A stretch of 64,000 nucleotides of DNA from an uncultured Alphaproteobacteria bacterium (GTDB lineage Bacteria > Pseudomonadota > Alphaproteobacteria > HIMB59 > GCA-002718135). Position numbers and translations under genes: made by a program. The notes under the pieces are model-generated. The model saw nothing but the letters and a program-made list of their open reading frames with translations. It ran no database searches and had not been told where the DNA came from. The stretch spans positions 138,805 through 202,804 of the forward strand of contig CACMEY010000001.1 in assembly GCA_902612805.1 (NCBI GenBank), in the 5' to 3' direction. Positions 1 through 9,869 of this stretch are shown here, in pieces; within the stretch, counting starts at the first letter, position 1; the number at the start of each line of letters is the position of its first letter.

Positions 1-698
1 GTTCTGGTGAAATAAGAGCTGGTAACTTTGAAACCGATTCAGAAACAGAAATTTTAAATCCTGATCAATTAATTATGACCTTAGATTCTAATGCTGATGT
101 TGAAATTGAAGCAAATGTTGAAACTGGCAAAGGATATGTTTCTGCTGAAGTTGCCGAAGATGAAAATAAAGTTATTGGTGAAATTAAACTAGACGCAATG
201 TTTAGCCCAGTAGTTAAAGCTTCATATAAAGTAGAAAATAGTAGAGTTGGCCAAGTAACTGATTTTGATAAATTAGTTTTTGAGGTTGAAACAAATGGTG
301 CAATAACGCCTGACGATGCTATTGCTTTAGCAGCAAGAATTTTACAGGATCAATTACAACCTTTTATCAATTTTGATGAACCAGAAATACTTCCTGATCA
401 ATCACAGACAGAAAAGCTTTCGTTCAATTCTAACTTATTAAAAAAAGTTGAGGAATTAGAACTTTCTGTTAGATCCGCTAATTGCTTAAAAAATGATAAT
501 ATCATTTATATTGGAGACCTGGTTCAAAAATCAGAATCTGAAATGTTACGCACTCCTAACTTTGGAAGAAAATCACTTAATGAAATCAAAGAAGTTCTGC
601 AGCAAATGGAACTTAATTTAGGAATGTCGGTTCCAGATTGGCCTCCTGAAAATATTGATGAACTTGCAAAAAAATATGAGGATCCATTTAACAAGTAG
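1..698 (+). CDS. rpoA: DNA-directed RNA polymerase alpha subunit, 3' part (5' end lies upstream of the window)
   Basis: The frame is open from base 3, with no stop before the listed Met at 75. The alpha-CTD block [24 protein letters not shown]...[17 protein letters not shown] is present. rplQ follows, as in the conserved operon end. Confidence 0.95.
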   Translation, partial: SGEIRAGNFETDSETEILNPDQLIMTLDSNADVEIEANVETGKGYVSAEVAEDENKVIGEIKLDAMFSPVVKASYKVENSRVGQVTDFDKLVFEVETNGAITPDDAIALAARILQDQLQPFINFDEPEILPDQSQTEKLSFNSNLLKKVEELELSVRSANCLKNDNIIYIGDLVQKSESEMLRTPNFGRKSLNEIKEVLQQMELNLGMSVPDWPPENIDELAKKYEDPFNK

Positions 699-703
699 TT
701 AAA

Positions 704-1144
704 ATGAAACATAATATAAAAAATAAAAAGTTAAATAAAACTAGCTCCCATAGAAAAGCAATGTTCATGAATATGTCAAATGCTCTTATAAAACATGAAC
801 AAATAACAACAACTTTAGCAAAAGCTAAAGAACTTAGAAGATTTGTAGAAAAAATAATAACTTTAGGTAAAAAAGGTGATTTATTTTCACGAAGAAAGGC
901 AATTTCGATTTTACAAGATCAAAAAATGTCAAAAAAAGTTTTTGATGTTCTTTCAGATAGATATAAAAGTAGAGATGGAGGATATACTCGAATTATAAAG
1001 CTTGGAAATAGATTTGGTGATAATGCGCCTACAGCAGTAATTGAATTTGTTGATAGAGATGAAAATGCCAAAGGATTAGATAGCGGTCCAGTCATTGAAA
1101 AAAAATCTTCAGAAGAAGAACTAGAACAACAACCTCAAATTTAG
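704..1144 (+). CDS. rplQ: 50S ribosomal protein L17
   Basis: L17 signature [15 protein letters not shown]...[23 protein letters not shown]. The gene starts 5 nt after the rpoA stop. Confidence 0.95.
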   Translation: MKHNIKNKKLNKTSSHRKAMFMNMSNALIKHEQITTTLAKAKELRRFVEKIITLGKKGDLFSRRKAISILQDQKMSKKVFDVLSDRYKSRDGGYTRIIKLGNRFGDNAPTAVIEFVDRDENAKGLDSGPVIEKKSSEEELEQQPQI

Positions 1145-1150
1145 AAGCTA

Positions 1151-1516
1151 TTGTTTAATATTATTCTTGTAGCCACAGGTGGAGCAACCGGAGCTGTTCT
1201 AAGATTTATATTAACTAATTTAAGTAAATCTTTGTTTGCAACTAGTATTTATGGGACACTTTCAGTTAATATTTTAGGATCTTTCTTGATTGGATATCTT
1301 ATTACTTCTAATTATCTAAAGAGTTTTTCTGAAGACTTTATTAAATTTTTTTTAATTATTGGATTACTCGGATCTTTTACTACTTTTTCTGCATTTTCTT
1401 ATGAAGCACTTAATTTAATTATGGAAAAAAAAATCTTTGTATCTTTTGTTTATATTTTATTTTCAATATCGATTTGTATTTTATCTGCATATTTAGGAAT
1501 AATAATAAATAAGTAA
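1151..1516 (+). CDS. crcB: Fluoride ion channel CrcB/FluC
   Basis: 121 aa with four hydrophobic segments. Motifs GGATGAVLRF and GSFTTFSAFSYE are present. TTG start 6 nt after the rplQ stop. Confidence 0.85.
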   Translation: MFNIILVATGGATGAVLRFILTNLSKSLFATSIYGTLSVNILGSFLIGYLITSNYLKSFSEDFIKFFLIIGLLGSFTTFSAFSYEALNLIMEKKIFVSFVYILFSISICILSAYLGIIINK

Positions 1517-1520
1517 CAAA

Positions 1521-2435
1521 TTGATAAAAAATATTAAAATTAAAGAAAATTATGAAGTGAGATTAGATAAGTATTTGAAAAATTTATACACTTCTCTTAC
1601 TCAAAGTTTTATTGAAAAAAATATAAGAAAAAAAAATATATTAATTAATAATCGTCGCACTACTTCAAATTATCTCGTTAAAATTAATGATAATTTAAGT
1701 ATTTTAAACTTTCATGACCAATTATATAAAAATAGAATAATTTATAAGAAAAACATAAAAATTTCTAAAAAAGATTTAATAAAGTTTAATAAATCAATAA
1801 TATTTCAAAATAATGATTTTCTGGTTTTAAACAAATGGGATGAGATTGCCACTCAAGGTGGTAGTAAAATTAATGTATCTATTGATCATATAATTAAAAC
1901 GATTAACTTAAATTATAGACTCGTACATAGACTAGACAAAGAAACTACAGGCTTACTACTAATTGCTAAAAATTTAAAATATGCAAAATATTTTTCTGCG
2001 CTTTTTAAACAGAAACTTATTAAAAAGATTTATATAGCTTTATGTGACGGAACTCCTAAAAATAAAACATCACAAGTAAATTTGATTATAAAAAATAAAA
2101 AACTCAAAACTGAAAATAGTGTAACTAATTATAAACTACTTAATACAAAAAATGGGATTTCTCAGTTATTATATAATCCTAAAACTGGCAAAACGCATCA
2201 GTTAAGAATTGTTTCAAAAAATCTTGGCTGTCCTATTATAGGTGATAAAAAATATAATGCTTTATCCAAGTTAAGAAAAGAAAAATTAATGCTACATGCT
2301 TATAGTTTAAAATTTTCAATTAATAATAAGTTAGTAGAGTATGTTGCAGATTTACCAGATCATTTTATAACTTTTATTAAAAAAAATGATTTAAAATTAG
2401 TTAAAAATTTCCAAGCTTATTTAGATTCTTTTTAA
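1521..2435 (+). CDS. RluA-family 23S rRNA pseudouridine synthase (RluC/RluD-like)
   Basis: S4-like N-terminus, catalytic-Asp motif HRLDKETTGLLLIAK, and KTGKTHQLRI. TTG start. Confidence 0.85.
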   Translation: MIKNIKIKENYEVRLDKYLKNLYTSLTQSFIEKNIRKKNILINNRRTTSNYLVKINDNLSILNFHDQLYKNRIIYKKNIKISKKDLIKFNKSIIFQNNDFLVLNKWDEIATQGGSKINVSIDHIIKTINLNYRLVHRLDKETTGLLLIAKNLKYAKYFSALFKQKLIKKIYIALCDGTPKNKTSQVNLIIKNKKLKTENSVTNYKLLNTKNGISQLLYNPKTGKTHQLRIVSKNLGCPIIGDKKYNALSKLRKEKLMLHAYSLKFSINNKLVEYVADLPDHFITFIKKNDLKLVKNFQAYLDSF

Positions 2436-3068
2436 CTTATCTATAAATATATTTTTAAAATATTCATCAAACTCACTTTGATCCAAATTAATACCTAATT
2501 CTTCCATGGAAGTATTTTCATATTCTTTTAAACCACATGAGTGAATATAATCATAATATCTCAGATCAGGATTAATATTAAAACTCATACCATGATAAGT
2601 AATCCATTTTTTTACTCTAAGACCAATAGCACCAATTTTTTTTTCTTTATCAAAAGATATTTTATTATTTTTAATTACCCAAATACCCACTCTATCTTTG
2701 AATGCTCTAGCCTCAATATTGTAATTTTTTAAAAAGGTAATTAACGAATCTTCGATTAAAGATATGAACTTTCGTATATCTTTTTTTTTATTATTTAAAT
2801 TTAACATAAAATAAACAATTCTTTGACCTGGGCCATGATATGTTGTTTTACCTCCACGATTTGTTTTAATTACATCAATAATACTTGATTTTAATATCTC
2901 ATCATTTTTAGCACTAGTCCCTTGAGTAAAAACATGATTATGATTTAAAAACCATAATAATTCTTTAGACAGATTGTTATGTATGTTTTCTACTTTTGAT
3001 TCCATGAATCTGACTGCCTCATCATAATTTATTTCATTCCTAGATATTTTAACTTCTATCTCTTTCAT
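2421..3068 (-). CDS. lipB: Octanoyltransferase (lipoyl(octanoyl) transferase)
   Basis: Blocks TTYHGPGQRIVYFML and KIGAIGLRVKKWITYHG are typical of LipB. The 3' end overlaps the convergent rlu gene by 15 nt. Confidence 0.9.
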   Translation of the reverse strand: MKEIEVKISRNEINYDEAVRFMESKVENIHNNLSKELLWFLNHNHVFTQGTSAKNDEILKSSIIDVIKTNRGGKTTYHGPGQRIVYFMLNLNNKKKDIRKFISLIEDSLITFLKNYNIEARAFKDRVGIWVIKNNKISFDKEKKIGAIGLRVKKWITYHGMSFNINPDLRYYDYIHSCGLKEYENTSMEELGINLDQSEFDEYFKNIFIDKLKRI

Positions 3069-3085
3069 CTTGTTTATTTTACTTT

Positions 3086-3114
3086 ATTGCTAGTTAATAT
3101 TCTATCTGATATTT
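3086..3114 (+). promoter_or_regulatory. Candidate sigma70-type promoter for tRNA-Leu/mgtE
   Basis: TTGCTA (3086-3091), a 17-nt spacer, then TATTTA (3109-3114). This sits about 15 nt upstream of the mature tRNA 5' end. In AT-rich DNA such matches arise by chance. Confidence 0.3.
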
Positions 3115-3128
3115 AATCTACTATATAG

Positions 3129-3215
3129 GCGGCTGTGGCGGAATTGGTATACGCGCAGCGTTGAGGTCGCTGTGGGATTTATCCTGTGGAAGTTCAAGTC
3201 TTCTCAGCCGCACCA
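3129..3215 (+). tRNA. tRNA-Leu (anticodon GAG), type II with long variable arm, CCA encoded
   Basis: Hand-folded. The acceptor GCGGCTG pairs with CAGCCGC. The D stem is GCG/CGC. The anticodon stem is CAGCG/CGCTG with loop TTGAGGT (anticodon GAG). The long variable arm is TGGGATTTATCCTGT. The T arm is GGAAG-TTCAAGT-CTTCT. Discriminator A plus CCA ends at 3215. Confidence 0.9.
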
Positions 3216-3221
3216 ATTTAT

Positions 3222-4589
3222 ATGGAAGAAATTATTATTAAAAAAGACCAGGATTTTTCAAGTAAATCTGTTGAATTAGTAACTGATTATTTAGAAAATT
3301 ATAAATATGATAACGTTTTATCTTATTTAAAAGATATTCATAATGCAGATATTGCAGATATTCTTCAAAATTTAGACCCAGTTTTAAGATTAAGCCTATT
3401 GAATATAATTGATAAGAATTTTGATCCTGAAATTTTAACTTATTTAAATGATAGTGTTAGGGAGGAAATAATTGAAACTTTAGATATAAAACAATTAGCT
3501 AATAATTCTAAAAGTTTAGATATTGATGATGCTGTTGACTTGGCCGAAGATTTAGAAGAAAAAGATCAGACTATATTCTTAGAAAATTTAGATAAAGAAG
3601 AACGAACATTGGTTGAAGAAGGATTAAATTATCCTCAAGACTCAGCTGGAAGATTAATGCAAAGACAATTCGTTGCTGTTATTCAGTCATGGAATGTAGG
3701 TCAAGCAATTGACTATTTACGAAACAATAAAGGTAATTTGCCTGAAGATTTTTATGATATTTATTTAATCAACAATAATAAAGAAGTAAAAGGCGTAGTT
3801 CCATTGGGAAGATTAATGGGTTCAAAAAGAGAAATAGAATTGAATTCAATAATAAATAAAGATTTAAGATTAATAGATGTAAATACCGATCAAGAGGATG
3901 TAGCATTATTATTTAATAAATATGGATTAGTCAGTGCCCCAGTGATTAATAATCAAAAAAAAATAATTGGATCAATTACAGTTGATGATGTTGTAGAGGT
4001 TATAGAAGAAGAAAGAGAAGAAGATATTTTAAAGCTTGGAGGTGTAGATCATACAGATTTATATGAGTCAGTTGTTACTACAACAAAATCAAGAATTTCA
4101 TGGTTAATTGTAAATTTAATGACAGCCGTAGTAGCTTCTATAGTCATAGGTTTATTTGAAGCTGCTATAGAAAAAGTAGTAGCCTTAGCTATTCTAATGC
4201 CAATAGTAGCTTCAATGGGTGCCAATGCTGGCACTCAAACTTTAACAGTTGCAGTGCGAGCTATTGCAGTGAAAAAATTAACAGCTAGCAATGCTCTAAA
4301 AATTATAACAAAAGAGACTCTCATTGGGGGTATAAATGGTATAATATTCGCTATTATAATATCTTTAATTTCTATTTATTGGTTTGATAATTTGCTTTTG
4401 GGTTTAATAATAGGTCTTGCTATGATACTTAATTTACTTATTGCTGGTTTTTCAGGTATTGTAATTCCACTAATTTTAGATAAGTTGAAAATTGATCCTG
4501 CTTTAGCATCTGCAGTAATTTTGACAACAATAACTGATGTTTTTGGCTTTTTATCTTTTCTTGGATTAGCAACTTTATTTTTAATATAA
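3222..4589 (+). CDS. mgtE: Magnesium transporter MgtE
   Basis: An acidic MgtE N-domain, tandem CBS region and a C-terminal TM domain with the GANAGTQ motif. I moved the start to ATG 3222 because the ORF-track GTG at 3186 lies inside the tRNA. Confidence 0.9.
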   Translation: MEEIIIKKDQDFSSKSVELVTDYLENYKYDNVLSYLKDIHNADIADILQNLDPVLRLSLLNIIDKNFDPEILTYLNDSVREEIIETLDIKQLANNSKSLDIDDAVDLAEDLEEKDQTIFLENLDKEERTLVEEGLNYPQDSAGRLMQRQFVAVIQSWNVGQAIDYLRNNKGNLPEDFYDIYLINNNKEVKGVVPLGRLMGSKREIELNSIINKDLRLIDVNTDQEDVALLFNKYGLVSAPVINNQKKIIGSITVDDVVEVIEEEREEDILKLGGVDHTDLYESVVTTTKSRISWLIVNLMTAVVASIVIGLFEAAIEKVVALAILMPIVASMGANAGTQTLTVAVRAIAVKKLTASNALKIITKETLIGGINGIIFAIIISLISIYWFDNLLLGLIIGLAMILNLLIAGFSGIVIPLILDKLKIDPALASAVILTTITDVFGFLSFLGLATLFLI

Positions 4590-4612
4590 CCTGGCCTATT
4601 TAACTTGAAACA

Positions 4613-5953
4613 ATGCTAAGAAAAAACGATCTAATAGGTTACTTTTATAAAGGAATTAAAGACAAGAATGATTTACGCATAGGAGTAGAACACGAGAAAT
4701 TTGTTTTAAAAAAAGACAGTTTACAACAATTATCTTATGAAGAGTCAAATGGTATTAAAGATATTCTTTTAAAATTTGTAAATAAGGGATGGAAACCAAA
4801 GTATGATGATAAAAATACTACAATAATTGCTCTAGAAAGATTTGGTGAAAATATAACTCTAGAACCAGGCGGGCAGATTGAATTATCTGGAGCTCAATTA
4901 AAAAATATTCATCAAACCTGCACAGAAACAAATAGGCATTTAAAAGAGTTAAAAGAAATTGGTGAAGAATTTAATTTTATATTATTGGGCTTAGGTGTGG
5001 AACCTAGCTTATCCCTAGATGAATTACCTTGGATGCCAAAACAAAGATATTCCATAATGAAAAAATATATGCCTAAAGTTGGTACTCTGGGACATCATAT
5101 GATGAAACGTACTTGTACTAACCAAGTAAATTTGGATTATCATTCTGAAGAAGACATGATTGCTAAGTTTAGATTAATGTTAAATCTTGAAGGTATTGCA
5201 ACTGCAATATTTGCTAACTCACCTTTTGATCAAAAAAAAGTTTCTAAATATAAGAGTTTAAGATCTCATTTTTGGCATCACACAGACAAAGATAGAACAG
5301 GTTTATTACCATTTGTTTTTGATAAAGATTTTAATTTTGAAAAATATGCGGAGCATGCGCTTGACGTGCCAATGTATTTTGTAATTAGAAATCATAAATA
5401 TATAGATATGACTAATTATACTTTTAGAGATTTTATTAAAAACAATATTTCTAAAGATTTACACATTGAACCTACTATTGAAGATTGGATAAACCACTTA
5501 TCAACTTTATTTCCTCAAGTTAGATTAAAGCAATTCTTAGAAATACGTTCCATGGATGCATGTTCATGGGATTTAATATGTTCTCAACCTGCTTTTTGGA
5601 TTGGCATTTTATATAATGATGATGGTATTGATAAAACTAATGAAATCGTTGAGAGCTGGACTCAAAATGATAGAAATTTAATAAATAGTTTAGTTCCAAG
5701 AGAAGGTCTACAAACCAAATTCAAAAATGGCATTTTGTTGGATATTGCACAAAAATTATTTGAAATTGCAAAATCAGGTTTAGAAAAAAGAAATATTCTA
5801 GTAAAAAATGAAAAATATAATGAAACATTTTATCTTAAAGATTTAGAACAAAATCTATCAAATGGCCATTCACCGGCTGATTTATTAATCCGTAAATATC
5901 ATGGTGAATGGAAAAAAAATATTAATAAAATATATGAGGAAGAAATTTTCTAA
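4613..5953 (+). CDS. gshA: Glutamate--cysteine ligase, plant/alphaproteobacterial type (GCS2)
   Basis: Blocks RIGVEHEKF and ITLEPGGQIELSG; about 446 aa. It is directly coupled to gshB: the TAATG junction shares 1 nt. Confidence 0.85.
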   Translation: MLRKNDLIGYFYKGIKDKNDLRIGVEHEKFVLKKDSLQQLSYEESNGIKDILLKFVNKGWKPKYDDKNTTIIALERFGENITLEPGGQIELSGAQLKNIHQTCTETNRHLKELKEIGEEFNFILLGLGVEPSLSLDELPWMPKQRYSIMKKYMPKVGTLGHHMMKRTCTNQVNLDYHSEEDMIAKFRLMLNLEGIATAIFANSPFDQKKVSKYKSLRSHFWHHTDKDRTGLLPFVFDKDFNFEKYAEHALDVPMYFVIRNHKYIDMTNYTFRDFIKNNISKDLHIEPTIEDWINHLSTLFPQVRLKQFLEIRSMDACSWDLICSQPAFWIGILYNDDGIDKTNEIVESWTQNDRNLINSLVPREGLQTKFKNGILLDIAQKLFEIAKSGLEKRNILVKNEKYNETFYLKDLEQNLSNGHSPADLLIRKYHGEWKKNINKIYEEEIF

Positions 5954-6891
5954 TGAAAAAAAGTATAGCAATTCAAATGGATAATATTGAAAAAATTGAT
6001 TATGAATTCGATACATCTTTTTTAATAGGTTATGAGGCGCAAGACAGAGATTATGATATTTTTTATTACAATCCAAAAGATTTATTCATAAAAGAGAATA
6101 CTATTCAAGCTTCTGGATATTATTTAGAGTTATTGCTAGATGAAAAAAATTATTTTAATTTTAAATCTAATAAAATAATTGCCAAATTAGAAGATTTTCA
6201 ATTTGTCTTTTTAAGACAAGATCCTCCTTTTGATATGAATTATATCACATCGACTTATATTTTGGACTTACTTCCATCTTCAACAGTTGTTGTGAATGAT
6301 CCAACAGCAGTTAGAAATTCTACTGAAAAATTATTTACATTTAATTTTAAAGAATTTATGCCACCTACTTTAGTAACAAAAGATTTAAAAATTATTGAAG
6401 AATTTTTAGATAAAGAAGAAGATATCATAACCAAGCCCCTTTATGGCAATGGAGGGGAGGGGATACATAGATTTGATAAAAGTAATTTCAATTCTAAAAT
6501 ATTAGAGGAATATTTACACTTGCCTATAATGGTCCAAAAATTTATCAATGAGATAGAGCATGGTGACAGGAGGATCATTTTTTTTGATGGTGAATATTTT
6601 GGTTCAGTTGCTAGAATACCCCAAGAAGGTAATTTAAAGGCAAATTTTCATGCTGGCGGAAAGGCTAGTAAAACTGACTTAGTTTATAGAGACAAAGAAA
6701 TCATCGAAAATTTGGGACCGAAGCTAAAAGAGCACAATCTGTTTTTTGTTGGAATTGATATAATTGGAAATTATCTGACTGAAATCAATGTAACTTCACC
6801 TACAGGATTGAAGCAAATTAATGCATTAAACAATGTAAAATTAGAGAAAGATTTTTGGGATAAGCTTGAAGCAAAATATAAATTAGTTTAA
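5953..6891 (+). CDS. gshB: Glutathione synthetase (ATP-grasp)
   Basis: Blocks FLRQDPPFDMNYITSTYIL, KPLYGNGGEGI, GDRRIIFFDGE and EINVTSPTG. Confidence 0.9.
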   Translation: MKKSIAIQMDNIEKIDYEFDTSFLIGYEAQDRDYDIFYYNPKDLFIKENTIQASGYYLELLLDEKNYFNFKSNKIIAKLEDFQFVFLRQDPPFDMNYITSTYILDLLPSSTVVVNDPTAVRNSTEKLFTFNFKEFMPPTLVTKDLKIIEEFLDKEEDIITKPLYGNGGEGIHRFDKSNFNSKILEEYLHLPIMVQKFINEIEHGDRRIIFFDGEYFGSVARIPQEGNLKANFHAGGKASKTDLVYRDKEIIENLGPKLKEHNLFFVGIDIIGNYLTEINVTSPTGLKQINALNNVKLEKDFWDKLEAKYKLV

Positions 6892-6914
6892 TTATACTAT
6901 TTAAAGGAAAACAT

Positions 6915-7481
6915 ATGCACGAAAATAGAATTTTAATAAACAAACTAAAAAATTTTGAAAATATAAATTCAAATTTTCTTATAATAACATTGATGTTATT
7001 TGGTTCAATTTTATTAGCGATTTCCGCTAAAGTTCAAGTACCATTTTGGCCAGTGCCAATGACAATGCAGACGTTTGTCATATTCTTAATAGGAATGACA
7101 TATAGTGTTAGATTATCTTTTGCTACAGTTGCATTTTACCTTTTTCAAGGAGCTATAGGACTTCCTGTCTTTGCATCAGGTGGTGGAATTGCTTATTTAG
7201 TTGGCCCAACTGCAGGATATCTTTATGGTATGTTATTTGCATCTATTGTTATAAGCTATTTAGCAAATTTAGGTTTTAGCAAAACATATTTTAAGGCAAC
7301 ATTATCTCTATTAATTGGTTCTACTATTATATTTTTATTTGGTATTATTTATCTTGGTTATATTATTGGTTTCGAAAAAGCAGTAGCCGCTGGTCTTTTA
7401 CCATTTATTCCAAGCGAACTGTTTAAAATTGCATTAGCAGTTGCTTTGATTCCAACTTTACATAAAATTATTACAAAATAA
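6915..7481 (+). CDS. bioY: Biotin transporter BioY (solitary; no bioMN nearby)
   Basis: 188 aa with about 6 TM segments. The BioY-like core is PFWPVPMTMQTFVIFLIGM...GLPVFA. Confidence 0.8.
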   Translation: MHENRILINKLKNFENINSNFLIITLMLFGSILLAISAKVQVPFWPVPMTMQTFVIFLIGMTYSVRLSFATVAFYLFQGAIGLPVFASGGGIAYLVGPTAGYLYGMLFASIVISYLANLGFSKTYFKATLSLLIGSTIIFLFGIIYLGYIIGFEKAVAAGLLPFIPSELFKIALAVALIPTLHKIITK

Positions 7482-7487
7482 TAATTA

Positions 7488-8378
7488 ATGAAAATTGGTA
7501 TTGATGTAGGTGGTACCAAAACTGAAGGTATTCTTTTAGATCCAAATGGAACTGAAATAGATAGAAAAAGAATAAATACTGAAAAAAGTTATGATGGAAC
7601 AATTAAGGGAATACTATCCATTATAAATCATTTCGAAGATAAACACGGCAAAGCAGAGTCTGTTGGTATGGGAATGCCAGGAGCCATATCAAATGATACA
7701 GCTTTAATTAAAAATGCTAATTCTATATGGTTAAATGGCAAACCTTTTAAGCAAGATTTAGATAAAATTTTGGATAGAAATGTGAATTTGGAAAATGATG
7801 CTAATTGTTTTACTCTTTCTGAAGCTGTAGATGGAGCTGGTAAAGGGTTTGAAATTGTTTTCGGAGTCATAATAGGAACTGGTGTAGGTGGTGGTATCAG
7901 TATCAACCAAAAAGTAATAAGAGGTCGTAATAGCATAAGCGGAGAGTGGGGACACGTAGTTTTGCCGAGTAGAACAGAAGATGAAAAAAAATATGTCAAA
8001 AAATGTTATTGTGGAAAAGATGGGTGCTTAGAGACCTATATATCTGGACCAGGCTTTTCATCTGTCTATAATTTACGTTGCAATAAAAATTATAATTCAC
8101 ATCAAATATTAGATGGTTTTAATAATAAAGAAAAAGATAGTATCTTTGCACTAAATCAATATGTCGATCATTTAGCAAGAGGCTTATCTCTAGTTTGTAA
8201 TATTCTTGATCCAGATGTGATTGTTTTGGGTGGAGGTATGTCAAACATCGATTTTATTTACGAAAATATAAATGATGCTCTAAAAAAATATGTTTTTACA
8301 GATACCCTTCACACAAAAGTTGTAAAAAATATTCATGGTGATTCAAGTGGTGTAAGAGGAGCTGCTTGGCTTTCTTAA
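7488..8378 (+). CDS. mak: ROK-family sugar kinase, closest by recollection to E. coli Mak/YajF fructo(manno)kinase
   Basis: Blocks IGIDVGGTKTE, NANSIWLNGKPF, NDANCFTLSEAVDGAG, the ROK Zn motif CYCGKDGCLETYISGPG, ILDPDVIVLGGGMSN, and the C-terminal HGDSSGVRGAAWL. Confidence 0.75.
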   Translation: MKIGIDVGGTKTEGILLDPNGTEIDRKRINTEKSYDGTIKGILSIINHFEDKHGKAESVGMGMPGAISNDTALIKNANSIWLNGKPFKQDLDKILDRNVNLENDANCFTLSEAVDGAGKGFEIVFGVIIGTGVGGGISINQKVIRGRNSISGEWGHVVLPSRTEDEKKYVKKCYCGKDGCLETYISGPGFSSVYNLRCNKNYNSHQILDGFNNKEKDSIFALNQYVDHLARGLSLVCNILDPDVIVLGGGMSNIDFIYENINDALKKYVFTDTLHTKVVKNIHGDSSGVRGAAWLS

Positions 8379-9826
8379 ATACCACCCATTGAAATATATT
8401 TTATAGTTAAATAGTCATCAAGGCCATAACGAGAACCTTCTCTTCCCATTCCTGATTCTTTTACACCTCCAAAAGGCACTTCAGCAATTGTTGGTAGTCC
8501 ATTATTGATAGATACAATCCCATATTCAAGTGCTTCAGCTACTCTCCAAATTCTTCCTATGTCTCTTGAATAGAAATATGAAGCTAATCCATATGGTGTA
8601 TCATTAGCCATTTTAATCACCTCATCATCACTAGAAAATTTATAAAGAGGTGCAACAGGTCCAAATGTTTCTTCAAAAGTTATTTTTGCTTTTGTAGATA
8701 CATTTGAGAGAACAGTTGGTTGATAGAAATTACCACCAAGCGAATGCACATCTCCACCAATTGCTATTTTAGCTCCTGTATTTACTGCATCTTGAACATG
8801 ATCAATTACTTTTTCTAAAGAGGATTGATCAATTAAAGGACCAGATACAATTCCATCTTCAAGCCCATTACCCACTGTTATTTTACTGACTTCATTTGTA
8901 AATTTTTCTAGGAATTCATCATAAATATTTTCATGGACAAAAATTCTATTTGAACAAATACATGTTTGACCACTATTTCTAAATTTACTTTGAAGCGCGC
9001 CTGCAACAGCTTCATCCATATCTGCATCATCGAAAACAATAAAGGGTGCATGACCACCAAGTTCCATAGAAACTTTTTTTACTGTTGAGGCACTTTGCTC
9101 TAAAAGTATTTTTCCAACCTCCGTAGATCCTGTAAAAGAAATTTTTCTTACAATTGGGTTACTTGTTAGCTCTTTACCAATCTCACTTGCCGATCCAGTG
9201 ATTACATTAAATACACCATCTGGAAAACCAGCTTCTTTAGCAAGCACTGCTACAGCTAGTGCTGAATAGGGTGTTTGACTTGCTGGTTTAACAACAGTAG
9301 TACAACCAACAGCTAGAGCGGCTGCACATTTTCTTGTGATCATTGAATTTGGAAAATTCCATGGAGTTATTGCTCCCACAACACCAACAGGTTGTTTAAT
9401 TATTACAATTCTTTTTCCAGGTCTTGGATCAGGAACTATATCACCATACACTCTTTTTGCTTCCTCAGCATAAAATTCAATATATGAAGCACCCATTAGT
9501 ATTTCACCCTTTGCTTCAGCTAGAGGTTTACCTTGCTCAACAGTCATGATTTTAGCTAAATCATCTGCATTTACTGTAATTAGCTCACCCCATTTTTTAA
9601 GAATAACTGATCTTTCTTTCGCAGTAGTTTCTTTCCAAGTTTGGAAAGCAGTATCGGCATCATCTATAGCTTTTTTAGTTTCTGAAACTGAGCATTTTGG
9701 AACGTTGCCAATTATTTCAAGAGATGCTGGATTATTTACCTCAAGAGTTTCACCTGAAGAACTTTCAACCCATTCCCCATTTATAAAACATTTTTGTTTA
9801 AAGAGTGATTTGTTATTTAATTCCAT
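8375..9826 (-). CDS. gabD: NAD(P)+ succinate-semialdehyde dehydrogenase-like aldehyde dehydrogenase (GabD/Ssd/DoeC-like)
   Basis: ALDH motifs ITPWNFP, MELGGHAPFIVF, GQTCICSNR and EETFGPVAPL. It is divergent from the 9870 operon, with 43 nt between start codons. Confidence 0.8.
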   Translation of the reverse strand: MELNNKSLFKQKCFINGEWVESSSGETLEVNNPASLEIIGNVPKCSVSETKKAIDDADTAFQTWKETTAKERSVILKKWGELITVNADDLAKIMTVEQGKPLAEAKGEILMGASYIEFYAEEAKRVYGDIVPDPRPGKRIVIIKQPVGVVGAITPWNFPNSMITRKCAAALAVGCTTVVKPASQTPYSALAVAVLAKEAGFPDGVFNVITGSASEIGKELTSNPIVRKISFTGSTEVGKILLEQSASTVKKVSMELGGHAPFIVFDDADMDEAVAGALQSKFRNSGQTCICSNRIFVHENIYDEFLEKFTNEVSKITVGNGLEDGIVSGPLIDQSSLEKVIDHVQDAVNTGAKIAIGGDVHSLGGNFYQPTVLSNVSTKAKITFEETFGPVAPLYKFSSDDEVIKMANDTPYGLASYFYSRDIGRIWRVAEALEYGIVSINNGLPTIAEVPFGGVKESGMGREGSRYGLDDYLTIKYISMGGI

Positions 9827-9869
9827 ATGTTTTAATTATAATGCTTAGTTTTAAATTAAGGAAAATATA

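Noticed and set aside
3186-3221. ORF-track start (GTG 3186, MEVQVFSAAPIY...) for mgtE
   Set aside because: These codons lie inside the T-arm and acceptor end of tRNA-Leu (3129-3215). ATG 3222 (MEEIIIKK...) is the sensible start.
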